The position numbers and the translations under genes were made by a program. From assembly GCA_043228905.1 (NCBI GenBank), contig JBHGNT010000021.1, forward strand, positions 4,464,001-4,528,000: a stretch of 64,000 nucleotides of DNA, in the 5' to 3' direction. Positions 59,901 through 64,000 of the stretch are shown here, piece after piece. A model generated the notes under the pieces. That model did no database searches, had not been told where the DNA came from, and saw only the letters and a list, made by a program, of their open reading frames with translations. This DNA comes from Azolla caroliniana (Eukaryota > Plantae > Polypodiophyta). Numbering within the stretch: the first letter of the stretch is position 1; every line of letters starts with the position of its first letter.

Positions 59901-62204
59901 TATTGCTTTCAGCTTCTTGCCGGATTCCCTTTCCACTCTCGCGTGGAGATCTTTGAAGACGCACAACACTTGGTCCTTTGTCTTCATCGGTGCCGTCCAC
60001 AGTTTTCGGCTATGATCATCGATGAATGTTACGAAGTACTGGGCTCCGCCATGTGACTTCGTTTCTACCTGACACACATCAGTGTGCACCAACTCCAATG
60101 GTGCGCTACGTCTCGTCGGTGGCCTTGAGTGGAAGGAAGTTCGGTTCTGCTTACCGGCCAGGCAATCGGTGCACTTCTCGAGGTGCACATGCTTCACTGG
60201 GATAAGGTTGTCTTCTGCAAGCCTCTTCATCCCCTTCTCACTCATGTGGCACAGTCTTTTGTGCCACAGCTCACCGGCAGTGTCGGCTGCCACATTCAGC
60301 TCTTCCGGACATAACCGGGCATTCATCAGGTACAGTGTGTTGTCTTTCCGGGCCCGAGCCACTATCAGGCTCCCCTTGCTGAACTTCATTACGCCGTTCT
60401 GGATGCTACCCGTGTAGCCTTCGTCATCTAGCCTCCCGGCCGAAATCAGGTTCAGTCGGACCTCCGGAACGTGTCGGACATTCTTCAGCAGCATTTTGCA
60501 TCCGGTCGGGGTTGTCAACCACACATCTCCTATGCCAGCAATCCGGCACGTACCTTCGTTTCCCATCCGAACACACCCATGCTCACCGGCTGTGTAGGAT
60601 GAGAAGTATCTTCTCTCCGGGGTCAGGTGGAACGATGCTCCGGAATCGACCACCCAGGTCGTCTCATCGCCGGCAATGTTTAGCTCACCTTCTTCGGTGA
60701 TGAGCATGATTTCTTCCTCACTTGCCGCGAGTGCCGTCGTTCCTTTCCGGTCCTGCCCTCGCCGATCCGAACCTCTCCGGTCCGTGGCTCCCCGGTATGC
60801 ACCGTTTCTCTCCGGTGACTTCTTCGAATCGGAGTCGTCGGCTCTGTTGTCTTTTCGGTAATGCCGACAATTCTTTCGGAAGTGCCCCGGCTTCCCACAG
60901 TGGAAGCATGTGGGCCTTCCTCTTGACTGCGACCGGGTCCCCGACTTCTCCCGTCTTTGCGGACTCCGGTTCCATTGTCTTCCCCGATCCGATTCGGTAA
61001 GCAGCGCCTTCGGGTCGGAGGTCAGTTCTTTATCTCTCCGACGCGCTTCTTCGTTCAAAATACTTGTCTTTACCGTTTGCAAGGACAAGTTATCTTCGGT
61101 GCAGGAGGTGCTGAGAGTCACCACCAAGTTCTCCCAGCTGTCCGGCAATGTACACATCAGGATGATGGCTTGCATTGCATCCTCCAACGGGAACTTGATT
61201 GCCGCAAGCTGGTTCACGAATCCCATGAACGTGCTCACGTGTTCCACCATACTCTCGCCGTCCCGGTACTTGAGATTCACTATCTTCCTCATCAGGGAGG
61301 TCCGATTCAACGCATTCTTCCTCTCGTAGAGGCCCGACAGCTTCTTCCACATTTCATATGCGTTGGTGTCGTTTGCCACATGTTGTAGGACGCTTACATC
61401 GACATATTGTCGGATCGTCGCTACGGCTTTCCGGTTCAGGAGCTTCCACTCCGACTCAAGTACCCCCTTCGGTATTTCCGACCTGTCAATCGGTTCGTAC
61501 AGGTCCCGAACAATCAGAAGATCCTCCATCTTGATCTTCCAGTCGGCGTAATTCTGTGCATTCAGCACCATCATCCCCGGCTGCCCGCTGCCGCCGCCTT
61601 CCATTTTCTGCAACAGTCGCTCTGATACCAATTTGTAAGAAATAGACGCTTCGATTCACCTTCTTCCTTTCGGCCACAACCGAGTAATCGTGGATCAATG
61701 CAACAGAAAATAGAAACCAAAAGAGAGAAACACACGAGTACACAGGGATTAACGTGGAAAACCCTAGATGGGAAAAACCACGGGAGTACAAGACTCCAAA
61801 CAACACTATACAAGAGAAGTATACAATGACGAGCTCCAAGGCGACGACCTTGAGCTCGCTGTCCTCGCCACAGGCGGCGGAAATACACAGAGGCGTCGTC
61901 CTCTTCCTCTCTCGCGCTCTATCTCTCTCTCTCTCACGGCTGCTCCCTCTTCGCTCCTCTTAAGTGGAAAAACAGAAAAATGATAAGCAACGGTAAAACT
62001 GTTTGCCCTAAGTCATATATATACTTATATGACTTTGGGCTATTTACAACTGTAGCCACATGGGCCCATAGGAAACATATTCACGGATATGTCCCTGCAT
62101 CCGGATCGCTCTCCGGGTACATTCGTCATCCGGTACCGAAACCGAAACCGGTACCGTCCCATCCGGATCCGACCATCCCATTCGAAGGGACCGTAATCCC
62201 AACA
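56950..62204 (-). mobile_element. Element G: intact young Ty1/copia (Tnt1/Tork-like)
   Basis: 571-bp LTRs 56950-57520 and 61634-62204 (one difference seen), perfect TSD CATCG, tRNA-iMet PBS 61619-61630, PPT 57523-57532. Confidence 0.97.
57531..61604 (-). CDS. gag-pol: G gag-PR-IN-RT-RH polyprotein, uninterrupted (~1357 aa)
   Basis: CFHCGKPGHFRKNC, WVVDSGAS, LVHTD...ADNGGE...NGLAE, YVDD and SDMLTK motifs. No stops. Confidence 0.96.
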   Translation of the reverse strand: MEGGGSGQPGMMVLNAQNYADWKIKMEDLLIVRDLYEPIDRSEIPKGVLESEWKLLNRKAVATIRQYVDVSVLQHVANDTNAYEMWKKLSGLYERKNALNRTSLMRKIVNLKYRDGESMVEHVSTFMGFVNQLAAIKFPLEDAMQAIILMCTLPDSWENLVVTLSTSCTEDNLSLQTVKTSILNEEARRRDKELTSDPKALLTESDRGRQWNRSPQRREKSGTRSQSRGRPTCFHCGKPGHFRKNCRHYRKDNRADDSDSKKSPERNGAYRGATDRRGSDRRGQDRKGTTALAASEEEIMLITEEGELNIAGDETTWVVDSGASFHLTPERRYFSSYTAGEHGCVRMGNEGTCRIAGIGDVWLTTPTGCKMLLKNVRHVPEVRLNLISAGRLDDEGYTGSIQNGVMKFSKGSLIVARARKDNTLYLMNARLCPEELNVAADTAGELWHKRLCHMSEKGMKRLAEDNLIPVKHVHLEKCTDCLAGKQNRTSFHSRPPTRRSAPLELVHTDVCQVETKSHGGAQYFVTFIDDHSRKLWTAPMKTKDQVLCVFKDLHARVERESGKKLKAIRADNGGEYRGQFQEYCRSKGIRLEFTVPKTPELNGLAERMNRTIMERVRSMLAHAKLPKGFWAEAMSTATYVINRSPSVPLDGDTPQRVWTGREVSYRHLKVFGCLAYVHVAKDRRGKLDPKTPPCIFLGYGDDEFGYRVWDPVDKKIFRSRDIIFMEDKTLADWESEKKMKSSKSTGEDQLYEEQSRPARDRLALEDPAEDGEETEPTEEDENDTGTGPDPEMDSDEEESEEPITETPERRYPLRERRAPRRFPEPEHVLLTDEGEPESFEEAKHDTQSRRWLSAMQDEMDSLHENHTYELVELPKEKRALRNKWVFKLKPGDAGNPPRYKARIVVKGFQQKKGVDFDEIFAPVVKMTSIRTVLSIAASMDLEVEQMDVKTAFLHGDLEEEIYMQQPEGFEKKGKEHLVCRLKKSLYGLKQAPRQWYRKFDSFMTDEGYLKTQSDHCVFVKKFEGGDFLILLLYVDDMLIVGRDQVKIRMLKKALHRTFSMKDLGPARQILGMHIIRDRSKKQLWLSQEKYVTKVLHRFNMSEARPVGSTLPTNCKLSSKQSPKTKAEKEDMMKVPYASAVGSLMYAMVCTRPDIGYAVGVVSRYMSNPGKEHWNAVKWILRYLKGTANVCLRFGSGKPELDGFTDSDMSADADTSRSTSGYVMTYAGGAVSWQSRLQKTVALSTTEAEYMAAVEAGKEIIWMKDFIGELGIRQKEYRLYCDSQSAIHLAKNAAYHSRTKHIQRRYHWIRERIEDKEFVLTKIHTDENGSDMLTKVLTPDKLEACRKRIGLERHPMPK

Positions 62205-62209
62205 CATCG

Positions 62210-63245
62210 TGCTAGGACTCCTCACCGGCGCCTTCCATCTCTCCGGTCTTATGCCGACACACGGGCTCGACTGCCGGAGTCACTGGAATCCGCGTGGAGG
62301 GCTCGTCTCCGCTCTCGGCCTCCTCCTCGGCTGGTCTTTCTCCTCAAGTCGAGAGGGTGTCTCGCTCCACACCCTCTCATGTGGTACCATGGTACCGTTC
62401 TTCGGCCTTTGCCTGGGCCATGTCCGCCTTGTTCAGAAGGCGGACTAGCTCTGAGTCTTCGAAATCTACCTGCTTGCCGAATCTCTCTTTTTCGTCGACC
62501 ATCGCCTTCACAGCCTTGTACGCTTCCCGAACCAAGGCTTCGACATCGAGCTTCGCTGATCCTTGTTGCGTGCCCGCTCCTTGATATGATGACGCACTGT
62601 CGCGTGTTACCTTCCCTTTACCTTTCGCGGACCGCTCCTCATCCAACCGTCGGCATACTCATTCGACTTCCGACCAGTCCTCGGTAAGGCCATTCGCTCC
62701 GTCATCGTCTTTGAACTCAATTGCGATGGCCTCCCATTCCGCTTGGTCGATCGACTTAATGAACAATAGGACTTTGTCCAGCCCCACCAGTGTTTGATCC
62801 TGCTTCGAGAGCCGGGCAAACCGCTGCTCGAACTCTTGGAACACCTTTGTTGCGCCCCGGTGGGTCTTCGCCGATGCAACCCACTAGTCGAAGTTGCGTC
62901 ACCCCCAACTTTTCCGCCGTTCTCCGTATGCCTACAGGAGCGCCTCTTCGAAGGCCTCCCACGAACTATGAGCTTCTCAGAGCTCCTTCACTTCCGCGTG
63001 CATACGGATGATGACGACCCGACAGAAGAACTCCAGCCTCAACGTGCCTTGTCTATGTCTCGCACCTCCGTTTCCGCGTTGTAGGCTTCCAAGTAGAATG
63101 GGACTTTGTCCCCGTTGAAATGGCCGACTCTTTCGACCACTTGCTCAATAGCTTGCTGCGCCGCTTCCTGTCTCATCGTCACTCGTCCGAACTCCTTCAC
63201 CACTTCGGCCACCATCTCCGTGAAGTCTTCATCTTCCAACTTCAT
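62210..63245 (-). pseudogene. gag: F gag-like ORF 5' part
   Basis: EAAQQAIEQVVERVGHFNGDKVPFYLEAYNAE and EFEQRFARLS...DKVLLF...GLTEDW match the E N-terminus. Frameshifted. Confidence 0.85.
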
Positions 63246-64000
63246 CCTCCGTTGCCGCCCTTTCACGTCCGGTTCACCAAAGATGTCGTGGTAATCCGCG
63301 AGTATGTGTCGAAAGGGGCAAGACCACGGGGGTCTCGAACGAGGAAGGGATGGATGTCGGGAGACCGACCCTCTCCGGTCCCGATTGCACCGGCTGTGGC
63401 GCAAACCGGAACGACTCCGGATGCATACTGGAGGCTATCAAACACAAGAGAGGGAGAGAGAGAGAATACGTGCAACACCGACTCAACGCACACTACTTAT
63501 GTACAGGAAAGGAAAGAAGAAACTTCGAAGACACAGACACAGACATAGATGCACAAAACTTTATTATATATGTACAAGAGTAAGATACAACTCCAACTTC
63601 GAGCCGGACCAAGGTAGGTTAGGTTACAACAACAGTCTGCTGCCAAGCTGCCAATCGGGGAGCTCTGAAGCTCATCGCGCTGAGCGGGGTCTTGCACAGG
63701 AGACAGGGCAGAAGGCTAAACCCCTTTAGACATACGAGCTCCTAACCAGACTAAACCCTAAATAGACACGAAGAAGAAGACCTCAAAGAAACTCTAAAGT
63801 AAGAAGAAGAAGAACTAACACACCTTCGACCTAAGTGGTATACCCTCCTAACTCAAAATGGGCAACCCCTCTACAAGGGACCCCTCCCTTCCTTTTATAG
63901 CCCAAGGAGGGAGGGATGTTACAATGTGGGATAAATTCTCCCCCTTATTCTATACACCATTTATCTACTATACATGTGCACATGTTGCACACTACCGACT

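Larger units (their letters stand above)
40553..64000 (-). mobile_element. Element F: decayed gag-only non-autonomous Trp-primed LTR element, hosting D (with E) and G
   Basis: 3' LTR 40553-41319 with PPT at 41320, 5' LTR 63284->64000, PBS 63262-63279. Internal pieces 62210-63245, 54379-56944 and 41320-41824 resemble the E ORF. No pol motifs. Confidence 0.88.

Overview
This window contains no host genes. It is a deep nest of LTR retrotransposons from a plant genome, most likely a bryophyte (inferred from Tcn1-type chromoviruses plus Phygy-like tRNA-Trp-primed gypsy elements). The basement is one old minus-strand Ty1/copia element (C), surviving as five fragments at 40522-40552, 37239-37470, 34669-34685, 26456-27885 and 9084-9327. 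Six elements are inserted into it: (A) an Athila-like gypsy with a long extra 3' ORF, <1-9083; (B) a Trp-primed gypsy, 9328-26455, containing an inverted truncated relative (I, 14272-19073) and a copia in its 3' LTR (H, 20583-26198); (J) an old tandem Trp-primed gypsy, 27886-34668; (K) a non-coding, apparently self-priming LTR element, 34686-37238; (L) a rearranged chromodomain element, 37471-40521; (F) a decayed gag-only element, 40553->64000. F hosts an intact young copia (G, 56950-62204) and a Trp-primed gypsy (D, 41829-54374). D's protease is split by a very young non-autonomous element (E, 44350-49940) with a single intact 1398-aa ORF of Gag capsid plus a repetitive tail. Main findings: the pol-less capsid-plus-repeat elements E and F; 4-bp target sites centred on CpG for the Trp-primed lineage; a conserved GGAUUUU-UAG plus stem/pseudoknot -1 frameshift between protease and RT; a Tf1-style self-priming signature in K; antisense tRNA-like modules in the K and L LTRs; and a probable capsid swap between copias G and H. 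All calls were made by eye, with no database searches.
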